From contig JAYFNX010000004.1 in NCBI GenBank assembly GCA_034933245.1, positions 9,684 through 73,683 of the forward strand: DNA of 64,000 bases, read 5' to 3'. The DNA comes from Candidatus Pelethousia sp. Its GTDB lineage: Bacteria; Bacillota; Clostridia; Christensenellales; CAG-138. Shown here in pieces: positions 29,833-38,769 of this stretch; the stretch's first letter is position 1, and every line of letters starts with the position of its first letter. Below the pieces are notes generated by a model. The model was not told the origin of the DNA, ran no database searches, and saw nothing but the letters and a program-made list of their open reading frames with translations. The position numbers and the translations under genes were made by a program.

Positions 29833-30478
29833 AAAAGATCTCCTGCTCTATGCCATAACCGACCGGACCTGGCTGAACGGGTCCACTTTATACGCGCAGG
29901 CCGAGGCCGCGCTTTCCGGCGGGGCCACCTTCCTGCAGTTGCGTGAAAAAGAACTGGGGGAAGACGCGCTTCTCACCGAAGCCCTGGAACTTAAAAACCT
30001 GTGCGACGGCTATGGCGTCCCCTTTGTTGTGAACGATAATGTGGATATCGCGCGGAAAATAAACGCGGACGGTGTCCATGTGGGGCAACGCGATATGGAG
30101 GCGGGGTGCGTTCGGAAGATCTTGGGGAACGACAAGATCCTGGGGGTATCCGCACAGACCGTAGAACAGGCGATTCTAGCCGAACAGCAGGGGGCGGATT
30201 ATCTCGGCGTTGGCGCGGTGTTCCACACGGGGTCCAAGGCGGACGCGGACGAGGTGCCCTATGAAACGCTGAAAGCCATTTGCGCGGCAACCCACATCCC
30301 CGTCATCGCGATCGGCGGCATCGGCAGGGATAATGTGCGGGCGCTTCAGGGCAGCGGCATCTGCGGCGTTGCCGTTATCAGCGCGATCTTCGCCCAGAAA
30401 GATATCCGCAAGGCGACCGCCGAACTAAAAGAAGCAGTAAAGAAGGCGTTGTTGTATGATACGCGGTGCGATATTTGA
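29819..30478 (+). CDS. thiE: Thiamine-phosphate synthase
   Basis: LYAITD, QLREK, VNDNVD, GVHVGQ and AIGGI motifs. Confidence 0.95.
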   Translation: MKCDKKDLLLYAITDRTWLNGSTLYAQAEAALSGGATFLQLREKELGEDALLTEALELKNLCDGYGVPFVVNDNVDIARKINADGVHVGQRDMEAGCVRKILGNDKILGVSAQTVEQAILAEQQGADYLGVGAVFHTGSKADADEVPYETLKAICAATHIPVIAIGGIGRDNVRALQGSGICGVAVISAIFAQKDIRKATAELKEAVKKALLYDTRCDI

Positions 30479-31118
30479 TGCGGATGGTACGCTGCTGGAC
30501 TCCATGCCGATATGGGAGGAGGCCGGGGCAAAGTACCTTCATGGGCTTGGCGTGACGCCCGAAACCGGCCTTGCCACCATTCTATTCTCCATGACGCTGG
30601 AAGAAAGCGCCGCTTATTTAATACGGCGCTACGGATTATCCCAGACAGTGGAGGAAACCAGGGGCGGCATCCTCGCTGTTATCCGGCATTTTTATGAAAC
30701 TGAGGTTTCGGCCAAACCAGGCGCGCAGCGATTCCTGCAACAACTGCGCCAACGCGGGGTTCCGATGGTTATTGCCACAACGGGGGACGGCGCTTTGTTA
30801 AATGCCGCCTTGGCACGCCTTGGCCTTCGTCCCTTTTTTTCGCGAATTTTCACCTGCACGGAATTTCAAACGAGTAAAAACAGCCCGCTTATATACCAAT
30901 TGGCCGCAAAATATATGGATGCAGCTCCGGCGCACACCTTCGTATTTGAGGATGTGCTCCACGCGCTTCGAGCCGCCTCGGCAGGCGGCTTCAAAACCGT
31001 GGCGGTTCAAGATAAGGCAAGCAACGGGGACGCGGAGCAAATTCGGAAAATCGCCGATTATTACATGGCGGATCTTCTGGATTTTGATACATTTTGGAAG
31101 GTTGCCTCGGGGGATTGA
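30456..31118 (+). CDS. HAD-family phosphatase
   Basis: FDADGTLLDSM motif I and VFEDV motif. Confidence 0.88.
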   Translation: MIRGAIFDADGTLLDSMPIWEEAGAKYLHGLGVTPETGLATILFSMTLEESAAYLIRRYGLSQTVEETRGGILAVIRHFYETEVSAKPGAQRFLQQLRQRGVPMVIATTGDGALLNAALARLGLRPFFSRIFTCTEFQTSKNSPLIYQLAAKYMDAAPAHTFVFEDVLHALRAASAGGFKTVAVQDKASNGDAEQIRKIADYYMADLLDFDTFWKVASGD

Positions 31119-31201
31119 TCCGGGGCCTTCAGCGGCAGACCGGGGGCACCACCTTCTGCCGCTTCATAAAATTAATGCTAAAACGAGCAAAGGAGAAAAC
31201 A

Positions 31202-32008
31202 ATGAAAACAGCATTAACAATCGCCGGAAGCGATTCCAGCGGAGGCGCCGGGATTCAGGCAGACATCAAAACGATGACCATGAATGGTGTTTTTGCCATG
31301 AGCGCGATTACAGCGCTCACCGCACAAAACACGACCGGCGTGACAGGGATCATGGAGGTGACCCCGCAATTTTTGAAGGAGCAGATTGACGATGTATGTA
31401 ACGACATTCGTCCTGACGCGGTGAAAATCGGGATGGTATCCGCAAGGGGCCTGATTGCGGTTATCGCCGAGAGACTGCATGCCTTTTCCGCCCGGAATAT
31501 CGTGGTGGATCCAGTGATGGTGGCTACCAGCGGCGCAAGGCTTATCAGCGAGGATGCCGTCGCTGCGCTGAAGAAGGAATTGCTGCCCCTTGCTGCGCTC
31601 ATCACGCCGAATATTCCCGAAGCGGAAGTTTTGTCCGGTATTGCGATTCGCAATGAAAACGACATGGTCACGGCTGCAAGAATTATTTACGAACTGCATG
31701 GCTGCGCCGTGCTGTGCAAAGGCGGCCACCATTTAAGTGACGCCAACGATTTTTTGTTTACCGATAGCGCGCCCCGCTGGTTTAGGGGTAAGCGCATCGA
31801 GAATCCCAATACGCACGGTACCGGCTGCACGCTTTCCAGCGCCATTGCGTCGAACCTGGCCAAGGGATTCGATATATTTGCTTCGGTTGAGCGGGCAAAA
31901 GCCTATATTTCCGGCGCCTTGGGGGCCATGCTCGACCTAGGCGGGGGCAGCGGCCCCATGAACCACGCATTTGCTTTGACCGGGGAATTTTCGAAGGAGG
32001 CGCGGTAG
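31202..32008 (+). CDS. thiD: HMP/HMP-P kinase
   Basis: IAGSDSSGGAGIQAD, VDPVM, KGGH and HGTGCTLSSA motifs. Confidence 0.95.
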   Translation: MKTALTIAGSDSSGGAGIQADIKTMTMNGVFAMSAITALTAQNTTGVTGIMEVTPQFLKEQIDDVCNDIRPDAVKIGMVSARGLIAVIAERLHAFSARNIVVDPVMVATSGARLISEDAVAALKKELLPLAALITPNIPEAEVLSGIAIRNENDMVTAARIIYELHGCAVLCKGGHHLSDANDFLFTDSAPRWFRGKRIENPNTHGTGCTLSSAIASNLAKGFDIFASVERAKAYISGALGAMLDLGGGSGPMNHAFALTGEFSKEAR

Positions 32009-32009
32009 C

Positions 32010-33182
32010 ATGGAAGAACAACGCACCTCCACCGTTGAAAATGGACTCATTTGGTTTGGCGCCGGGGTGTCCATTGCGGAGATCCTGACGGGTACCTATT
32101 TTGCGCCGTTGGGCTTTGGCAAGGGCCTTCTCGCCATACTGATCGGCCATATCATCGGCTGTACCATGCTGTTTCTCGCGGGCCTGATCGGGGGGAAAGC
32201 GCGCGAAAGCGCCATGGAAACCGTTAAGATGAGCTTTGGGCAAAAGGGCAGCCTGCTATTTTCCCTGTTGAACATCCTGCAGCTCGTGGGTTGGACCGCC
32301 ATTATGATCTACGACGGCGCCCTGGCCGCAAACAACGTGCTGGCCACGGGCGCGTGGGTCTGGTGCCTGGTGATTGGCGTGCTCATTATCCTGTGGATTT
32401 TGATCGGCATCAAGAATCTCGGCAAAATCAACACCGTGGCCATGGCGGCCCTGTTTATTTTGACCATCCTTCTTTGCCGGGTGATTTTTGGAGGCGGATC
32501 CATCCTTGGCATCGCCGGGGACGGACTTACCTTCGGCGCGGCTGTGGAGCTCTCCGCCGCCATGCCCCTATCTTGGCTGCCGCTTATCAGCGATTATACG
32601 AGAAACGCCAAACATCCCGGGAAGGCCACCGCCGTAAGCGCCGGGATCTATGGGATCGTAAGCTGTTGGATGTATGTGATCGGCATGGGCGCGGCCATCT
32701 ATACCGGCGAGTCCGATATCGCGCAGATCATGGTCAAGGCGGGGCTGGGCTTTGCCGGGCTTCTGATTATTGTGCTTTCCACCGTTACCACCACGTTCCT
32801 TGATGCTTACTCCGCAGGCGTATCCAGTGAATCTGTATTTGCAAAAATCAACGGGAAATGGGTTGCCATCGGCGCAGCCGCTCTCGGCACGATGGGTGCG
32901 ATCTTCTACCCAATGGACAATATTACAGACTTTCTTTACCTCATAGGATCGGTTTTCGCACCCATGATCGCGATACAGATCGCAAATTTCTTTATCTTAA
33001 AGAAGGATTATAGCGCGGGGCAGGTAAGCGTGCAAAATCTGGTGATATGGGCCGTTGGATTTGCCCTCTACCGCCTGTTGATGCATGTGGATCTGCTTGT
33101 GGGAAGCACGTTGCCGGATATGGCGGTCACGATGCTGCTATGCATTGCCGTGAGCCAGGTTAGGCCGGGCGTAACGAAATAA
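32010..33182 (+). CDS. cytX: Putative hydroxymethylpyrimidine transporter
   Basis: WFGAGVSIAEI, MPLSWLPLISDY and STVTTTFLD motifs. NCS1 family, in the thi operon. Confidence 0.88.
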   Translation: MEEQRTSTVENGLIWFGAGVSIAEILTGTYFAPLGFGKGLLAILIGHIIGCTMLFLAGLIGGKARESAMETVKMSFGQKGSLLFSLLNILQLVGWTAIMIYDGALAANNVLATGAWVWCLVIGVLIILWILIGIKNLGKINTVAMAALFILTILLCRVIFGGGSILGIAGDGLTFGAAVELSAAMPLSWLPLISDYTRNAKHPGKATAVSAGIYGIVSCWMYVIGMGAAIYTGESDIAQIMVKAGLGFAGLLIIVLSTVTTTFLDAYSAGVSSESVFAKINGKWVAIGAAALGTMGAIFYPMDNITDFLYLIGSVFAPMIAIQIANFFILKKDYSAGQVSVQNLVIWAVGFALYRLLMHVDLLVGSTLPDMAVTMLLCIAVSQVRPGVTK

Positions 33183-33387
33183 GCGGATGCGCCGCCCGCT
33201 GCGCCATGCTCCCATAGAACAATCCGTACCATTCCCGTAACCGGCAGAATACCATACAGGAACCGGATACCCGCAAGTATCCGGTTTTTTCGCTATGCAG
33301 CCGGAAATTTTTGACCGGAAAATAAAGCTGCCATGATCCACAAGAGAGCAGATGGCGGCTTGATTTATAAAAAAATGGAGAAAGCTC

Positions 33388-33434
33388 TTGTACTAATACA
33401 CAAAACATGGTAATATATCTAACGTACGTTAGAT
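33388..33434 (+). promoter_or_regulatory. Promoter and perfect 18-bp palindrome (TetR operator)
   Basis: TTGTAC-N17-TAATAT with TG extension, followed directly by ATCTAACGTACGTTAGAT. Confidence 0.75.
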
Positions 33435-33445
33435 GGAGGATTTCT

Positions 33446-34012
33446 ATGGATAATAAGGACTTTAAAACAAAAATAAAAGAGGTGGCTGTCTACCATTTTG
33501 ATCAGAATGGCTATTATGGAACAACCATCCGGAAGATAGCCGGTGACGTGGGTTGCTCCTTGCCGATGATTTATTATTATTACAAAAGCAAAAAAGAGTT
33601 GTTTCACGAGATCGTTGAGAAAGACTTTTTTGCCATTGTAAGCAGGCAAGCAGAACGGGCGGCATCCAAGAACATCATCGATCTCTATACGGAGTTCGTT
33701 TATGAACTGAATCATCTCAACAGCTATGATAGAAAGGTTTATCGGCTATGCATGAAGGTTTACCTTGGGTTTGACGGCGATGATGAACTAATGGCCGTTA
33801 TGGACCAATGGGAAAAAATGATTGTAAACCGGCATCTGCAGTTGGTATTGCCCCATTTGAAAACGCAAGCGGACGGTATCGTAATCGTAAGAACCCTGAT
33901 ACACCTGCTGGAGAATCTTATTGAAGGCATCGTAGTAAAGAACCGGTATCTTCCCAAAGACGAGATTCGCGAAGAACTTTCCACAATCCTTGCCGAAAAA
34001 ATAATTAAATAA
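33446..34012 (+). CDS. TetR/AcrR-family regulator
   Basis: GYYGTTIRKIA...IYYYYKSKKELF HTH. GGAGG RBS. Confidence 0.92.
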   Translation: MDNKDFKTKIKEVAVYHFDQNGYYGTTIRKIAGDVGCSLPMIYYYYKSKKELFHEIVEKDFFAIVSRQAERAASKNIIDLYTEFVYELNHLNSYDRKVYRLCMKVYLGFDGDDELMAVMDQWEKMIVNRHLQLVLPHLKTQADGIVIVRTLIHLLENLIEGIVVKNRYLPKDEIREELSTILAEKIIK

Positions 34013-34025
34013 AGGAGACACAAAC

Positions 34026-34469
34026 ATGGAAACTCAAAAAAGGCTTGATCTTCTGCAGTATATTTATGCGGCGTCCATCGCGGAAACCGTGAATACGTAC
34101 GGCAGAATGAACGTACTTGCCAGCATAGTCGAAAAAAAGAGAGAACGGCAGGCGCAGACGGCTCCTGGCTTGAATCAGCAACTGGACGTTAAGAACGTGG
34201 AGGATGTTTTCAGCAAACTTTCCGAGGTGTTTGGCTGCGCAAACTGGACGGTAGAAAAAACGCAGGACGGTTATACCGCTATTGCCACGGCCTGCAAGCT
34301 GTGCGCCCTTTCAAAAAGAATGGGCGGCGCAAATCCCTGCCATGGATGGTGTCTTGACCCAATGTTTGCAATGGTGTCTGCCGTTAGCGGCATTCGTGAT
34401 GAAGATATGACCATTGAGAGCACGCTGATGGAGGGCGACTGCTGCAAAGTCCTCATGAAGCAAGCATAA
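34026..34469 (+). CDS. Cys-rich small protein (ATC-hydrolase/V4R-like)
   Basis: CKLC...PCHGWCLDP...TLMEGDCCK pattern. AAGGAG RBS. Confidence 0.6.
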   Translation: METQKRLDLLQYIYAASIAETVNTYGRMNVLASIVEKKRERQAQTAPGLNQQLDVKNVEDVFSKLSEVFGCANWTVEKTQDGYTAIATACKLCALSKRMGGANPCHGWCLDPMFAMVSAVSGIRDEDMTIESTLMEGDCCKVLMKQA

Positions 34470-34549
34470 AATGGAGCCCCAGCGTTCTACGCATAGGGGA
34501 ACACGTGCAACTGTAGTTTAGGCATAGGCTTTTAGGGCGCAAAACCCAA

Positions 34550-35368
34550 ATGGAGGAAGAAATGAACAGCAGAAATAGTAAAAAAATGGCTGTGTTGATG
34601 CTCATCCTATCCGGCCTGTCATTTTTCGCAGCTGCTAGGGGCGTATTCGATCAAGCGCTGTATTACGATGTATATCAGGCGGGGACCATGCCGCACAACC
34701 TGATATGGGGGTCGCAGGCCCAGGATATGATGTCCATGCTCTTTTCGCTTTTACTCGCTGCATGCACGTTGCTATTTCTTAAAAAACAATCCGTTAAACT
34801 CTATATTATGATGCTGGGGTTGACTTGGTACTTCTTTTATGCCTTTGGGCTATACACCATGCAGGGGCAATATACCTCCATCTATTTTGTCTATTTGGCG
34901 ATATTCGGCGTGGCGTTTTACGGCTTTCTTTTCGGCACATGTAGCATCGACCCACTAGAGGCGGAGCGGTACCAACTGCCGGAAGGACTGCGAAAAGCCA
35001 TCTTCCTTTACTTATTAGCCATGATTGGGGTGTTATATCCTGTTTGGATTCTCAGAATGCTTCCGGATGTCGCAAGACATATCCCTTGCAGCACCTATGG
35101 GGTTTTTATTTTGGATTTAGGCTTCATCTTCCCGGCGATGGGTTGGATTGCTTATATGCTGTGGAAAAGAAAACCACGGGGCACGATCCTTGCCGGCGTT
35201 GCAATTTTTAAGATTTTTGCTTTATGCTTGAGTTGGGCGCTTGCTGAAATCAGCAATCCATTTGTTGGCAATGCTTTTGTAATGGAGACAGCCCTAATCT
35301 CCTTTACGCTAACTTTAAGCAGTCTGGCTTGTATCATTCCTTACTTTATGAAACTGAAAAAGAAATAG
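34550..35368 (+). CDS. Multi-pass membrane protein
   Basis: About 8 TM segments with QAQD and LDLG motifs. Start may be 34562. Confidence 0.7.
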   Translation: MEEEMNSRNSKKMAVLMLILSGLSFFAAARGVFDQALYYDVYQAGTMPHNLIWGSQAQDMMSMLFSLLLAACTLLFLKKQSVKLYIMMLGLTWYFFYAFGLYTMQGQYTSIYFVYLAIFGVAFYGFLFGTCSIDPLEAERYQLPEGLRKAIFLYLLAMIGVLYPVWILRMLPDVARHIPCSTYGVFILDLGFIFPAMGWIAYMLWKRKPRGTILAGVAIFKIFALCLSWALAEISNPFVGNAFVMETALISFTLTLSSLACIIPYFMKLKKK

Positions 35369-35433
35369 CACAAGCGGGATTTTATCAAGAAAAAACCGAA
35401 CGCCTATAAGGGACCGTCATCAGTTCCATCATC

Positions 35434-35476
35434 GCAGGATGAACCGCGTTATATAACACGGTTCATCCTGCTTTTT
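35434..35476 (+). terminator. Intrinsic terminator
   Basis: GCAGGATGAACCGCGTT...AACACGGTTCATCCTGC followed by TTTTT. Confidence 0.8.
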
Positions 35477-35710
35477 CCGCAGATCTGGCCTGCGTTAACT
35501 TCCAAAATTGTTTATCGGGGTTTAGGTTTACGCGCAGCGGTCGGCAACAGAAGCAACAGCATGAAAGCGGGGACGAAGCATGGCAACAAGGTCGCTTAGC
35601 TGTTTTTGCCCCGGATTAGTTGCTATAATTAAAGAAATTATGGATTTCTTGAATTTGTTTGCAAGGTTTCTTGGCACTCAATCGTTTTGTAGGTAGGAGG
35701 GTAGAGAAAG

Positions 35711-36211
35711 ATGGCGCTATCACAACGGAAAAACGAGGATACCATTACAATCGCACTTACAACATATTCGGATATGGTTTATAGAATCTGCTTCCTCTAT
35801 TTACGTAACAAATCGGATATTGAGGATGTATTTCAAGAAGTATTCCTTAGGTTCCTTCAAAAGGAACCCTCCTTTGAAAGCAAGGACCATGAAAAAGCCT
35901 GGCTAATCAGAGTGACGATGAATCAATGCAAGGATGTCCTAAAAAGCTTTTGGCGCAATAACATCCATTTGGTCGAGAATGTGGAGGTGCGCTTAGAGGA
36001 CACACCTGAAAACGACCTTTTGCAGGTTGTCCTATCCCTCCCGAAAAAGTATAAGGATGTTATTTATCTCTATTATTACGAAGGGTATACGGTACCTGCA
36101 ATGGCAAAGCTTATCAACCAAAATGAAAATACGATTTATTCGCATTTATATAGGGGGAAAGCCCTATTAAGGCGAAAATTGGAAGGGAAAGAATATGAAT
36201 ACGGTTTTTAA
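35711..36211 (+). CDS. ECF sigma-70 factor
   Basis: EDVFQEVF, KAWLIRV, LPKKYKDVIYLYYYEG and region-4 HTH; 166 aa. Confidence 0.92.
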   Translation: MALSQRKNEDTITIALTTYSDMVYRICFLYLRNKSDIEDVFQEVFLRFLQKEPSFESKDHEKAWLIRVTMNQCKDVLKSFWRNNIHLVENVEVRLEDTPENDLLQVVLSLPKKYKDVIYLYYYEGYTVPAMAKLINQNENTIYSHLYRGKALLRRKLEGKEYEYGF

Positions 36212-37124
36212 ATCTTCGTTGGATCATATTAAAGCGGATGAAGCCTTAATTCTCAAAACGGAAGCGTATCTAAGGAAGATGCTTTCAGCAGAGCAAACCG
36301 CCAGAACACATAACTTAAAAAAGGGGAGGATAAGGAATATGAAAAAATATGCGATACTGGCTTGCGTGGCGCTCTTGCTCCTCATGGGCGGGATAAAAGC
36401 ATATCTTACGCCCGTATCGTATCTGAGCGTGGACATCAACCCGAGCGTGGAATTGGGAATCAATGCATTTGGGCAAGTCGTAAGCGCGGAGGGATACAAT
36501 ACGGATGGCAGGGCGATTTTAAATGGAATAAAGGTAACGGGTATGCGTGTTAAGAAAGCGGTTAACACGGTAATTGCCGCAGCCGCTTCGAATGGATTCA
36601 TAGACGATGATGGCTCCACGACTATTTTGCTTACCGCTGAAACAGACAATGATAACATGGCAGCCGAATTGAATGGGGAAGCGGAGACGGGGGCACAGGA
36701 AGCCTTGGCTGAAAATGGTAAATCAGCGGCCATACACAAAGAAAATGTTGCGCTGGCACGCCGTGACGAAGCAAAAACGCTGGGTATTACCCCCGGCAAA
36801 CTGAACCTTATTGAAAAGCTGCAAGCCGTTGATCCAACCGCTACGGTAGAACAGTATAAAGAGGCAAAGGTCAAGGATATTATGAAGGCCATACAAACGC
36901 TGAAGGATAAAGGGACGGCAGTCGGCAATCAAGACGAAAACGCTGCGGAAGGCAACAAGAACGAGAAGGCCGCAGCCGGCAATCAAAGCGAAAACGCCAC
37001 GGAAGGCAATCAGAACGAGGATTCTTCAACAGGAAACCAAAACGGAGGGATTGCAGGGGAAGGGAACCAAGGCGGCGCAGCCGGCGGCCAAGCCCAGGGC
37101 GGTGGGGCAGGCAATAAAAGATAG
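36195..37124 (+). CDS. Anti-sigma factor with RsgI-like extracellular domain
   Basis: Short cytoplasmic N-terminus, one TM, YLSVDINPSVELGIN (RsgI signature), GITPGKLNLI, and a low-complexity tail. Confidence 0.8.
   Translation: MNTVFKSSLDHIKADEALILKTEAYLRKMLSAEQTARTHNLKKGRIRNMKKYAILACVALLLLMGGIKAYLTPVSYLSVDINPSVELGINAFGQVVSAEGYNTDGRAILNGIKVTGMRVKKAVNTVIAAAASNGFIDDDGSTTILLTAETDNDNMAAELNGEAETGAQEALAENGKSAAIHKENVALARRDEAKTLGITPGKLNLIEKLQAVDPTATVEQYKEAKVKDIMKAIQTLKDKGTAVGNQDENAAEGNKNEKAAAGNQSENATEGNQNEDSSTGNQNGGIAGEGNQGGAAGGQAQGGGAGNKR
36924..37072 (+). repeat. Degenerate 27-bp (9-aa) tandem repeat GN(Q/K)xExxxx
   Basis: GNQDENAAE GNKNEKAAA GNQSENATE GNQNEDSST GNQNGGIAGE GNQ. Confidence 0.8.
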
Positions 37125-37225
37125 CCGGAACAAAAAAGGAGCCGACATGCAATATGCCGACTTCCGCGCAATAAAAAAGGGCCGCCGAGCCCGGCTGGAA
37201 GCCGGAGCTGCGGCGGCCTTCTTGC

Positions 37226-37786
37226 TTAGGCCACGTGATTAAAGTTTTCGATCGCACCCTGCAGGGCTGCCAAAAGATCATCGATGGGGGCGGCCTCAAT
37301 CTGCGCCGCGCCCAGGTCTTCGCCCATATCCAGGGCCATGATGGTGTCGCTGATCTGCTCTACGCCAAAGGTGATGGCAAGACCATTGGTCTCGTCCGCG
37401 ATAGTAACGGAACCGTCGCCGTTATCCGTCATAGCACCGAAGAAACTGGCCGCATCCCCGCTTTCGGGATCGCCAAAGATCATGCCGGCAATGGTCATGT
37501 CTTCGTTGAACACCAGCAAAATGGCCTCGCCGGCATCAGAAGTGCCCAGATAGCCGCCACTCACCCAGCTGGCAATGGTGTCATAGTCCAAAGTATAGGT
37601 TAGCTCTTCGCTGGTGGTGGGTTCTTCGACGGGCTCTTCGGCAGGTGCTTCGGCAGGTGCTTCGGCGGGGGCGGCGGCGGGAGCATCTGCGGGGGCAGCG
37701 GCGGGTTCTTTCGCGCCGCCACAGGCTACGAGGCTGAAGGCCAGCACGAGCGCCAGCAGGGTAAGTACCCATTTTTTAAATTGCAT
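37226..37786 (-). CDS. Lipoprotein with Ala/Pro/Glu-rich linker
   Basis: Lipobox LVAC, (APAE)n linker encoded by a 12-bp DNA repeat, and an acidic globular domain. Confidence 0.8.
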   Translation of the reverse strand: MQFKKWVLTLLALVLAFSLVACGGAKEPAAAPADAPAAAPAEAPAEAPAEEPVEEPTTSEELTYTLDYDTIASWVSGGYLGTSDAGEAILLVFNEDMTIAGMIFGDPESGDAASFFGAMTDNGDGSVTIADETNGLAITFGVEQISDTIMALDMGEDLGAAQIEAAPIDDLLAALQGAIENFNHVA

Positions 37787-37940
37787 AGGTGATTTTCCTC
37801 CAAGTTATATGAATCGTATAAAAAACCACAGATACTATGGCTTTTACCAGGGATGGCTGGCGTACTTGCATTTTGGCTAGTACGCAGTGTCACTCTACAC
37901 AACATCATAACAAAAATTGCCGAAAAAAACCGTTTTGTGC

Positions 37941-37971
37941 GCGAACGGTAGTTGTTTTCGTTACAAACGGT
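37941..37971 (-). promoter_or_regulatory. Candidate LytTR direct-repeat binding site
   Basis: Minus-strand ACCGTTTGT-N13-ACCGTTCGC, 22-bp period. Fits the [TA][AC][CA]GTTN[AG][TG] consensus and points toward the lipoprotein gene. Confidence 0.6.
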
Positions 37972-38046
37972 CATGGGAGAGTGGCGGCGCGAATGACGCT
38001 ATGATAAAATTATAGGAGATTTGTAGCGTAACGGAGGAAAGCAAAT

Positions 38047-38769
38047 ATGCGCATTGCAGTTTGCGACGACGATCCACAGGAATTGGCGCGGCTTTCGGAA
38101 CTGCTGCGCGCTTACCGGCAGGAAACGAAGGCCACTCTCACATATTCGACTTACGGAGACGGGATATCGCTGCTTGAGGCTGTACGCAAGGGCGGTTTCG
38201 ATCTGCTGCTGTTGGACGTGCTGATGCCCATGGTAAGCGGCATGCAGGCGGCGCATGAAATACGGGAATTCGATGAAGAGGTGAAGATCGCCTTTTTGAC
38301 CGCCTCGGCAGAATTCGCTGTGGAAAGCTATTCGGTGGAGGCCTACACCTATCTGGTCAAGCCCGCCACACGGGATAATCTTTTTCCGGTTTTAAACAAG
38401 CTGTTTCGCGCCGCACAAAAGTCGGAAGAGGGGCTACCTGTCAAACTGCAAAGCGGCATGGCCCATATTCTATTTTCCAGGCTCGCCTTTGTGGAGGTGA
38501 TGAACCGGACGCTGCGATTCCATTTAACGGACGGCGCCATAAGAGAGCTGTGCGCGCCGCTTTCGGATTATGAGGACATGCTTTTGCAGCGGCCGGAGTT
38601 TATAAGGGTACATCGGGCGTTTATTGTGAACCTTTGGCAGATACAGGAGTTGCACACCACGGAAATCCTTACCTATACGGGGAGCCTTGTTCCGGTTTCC
38701 AGGCGGCTTTATGCACAGGTGCGCAAGGCGTATGTGAACCAGCTGTTTGCAGAGAAAGGAGTGGATTGA
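38047..38769 (+). CDS. LytTR-family response regulator
   Basis: IAVCDD, LLDVLMP, YLVKP and FIRVHRAFIVNL motifs. Confidence 0.93.
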   Translation: MRIAVCDDDPQELARLSELLRAYRQETKATLTYSTYGDGISLLEAVRKGGFDLLLLDVLMPMVSGMQAAHEIREFDEEVKIAFLTASAEFAVESYSVEAYTYLVKPATRDNLFPVLNKLFRAAQKSEEGLPVKLQSGMAHILFSRLAFVEVMNRTLRFHLTDGAIRELCAPLSDYEDMLLQRPEFIRVHRAFIVNLWQIQELHTTEILTYTGSLVPVSRRLYAQVRKAYVNQLFAEKGVD

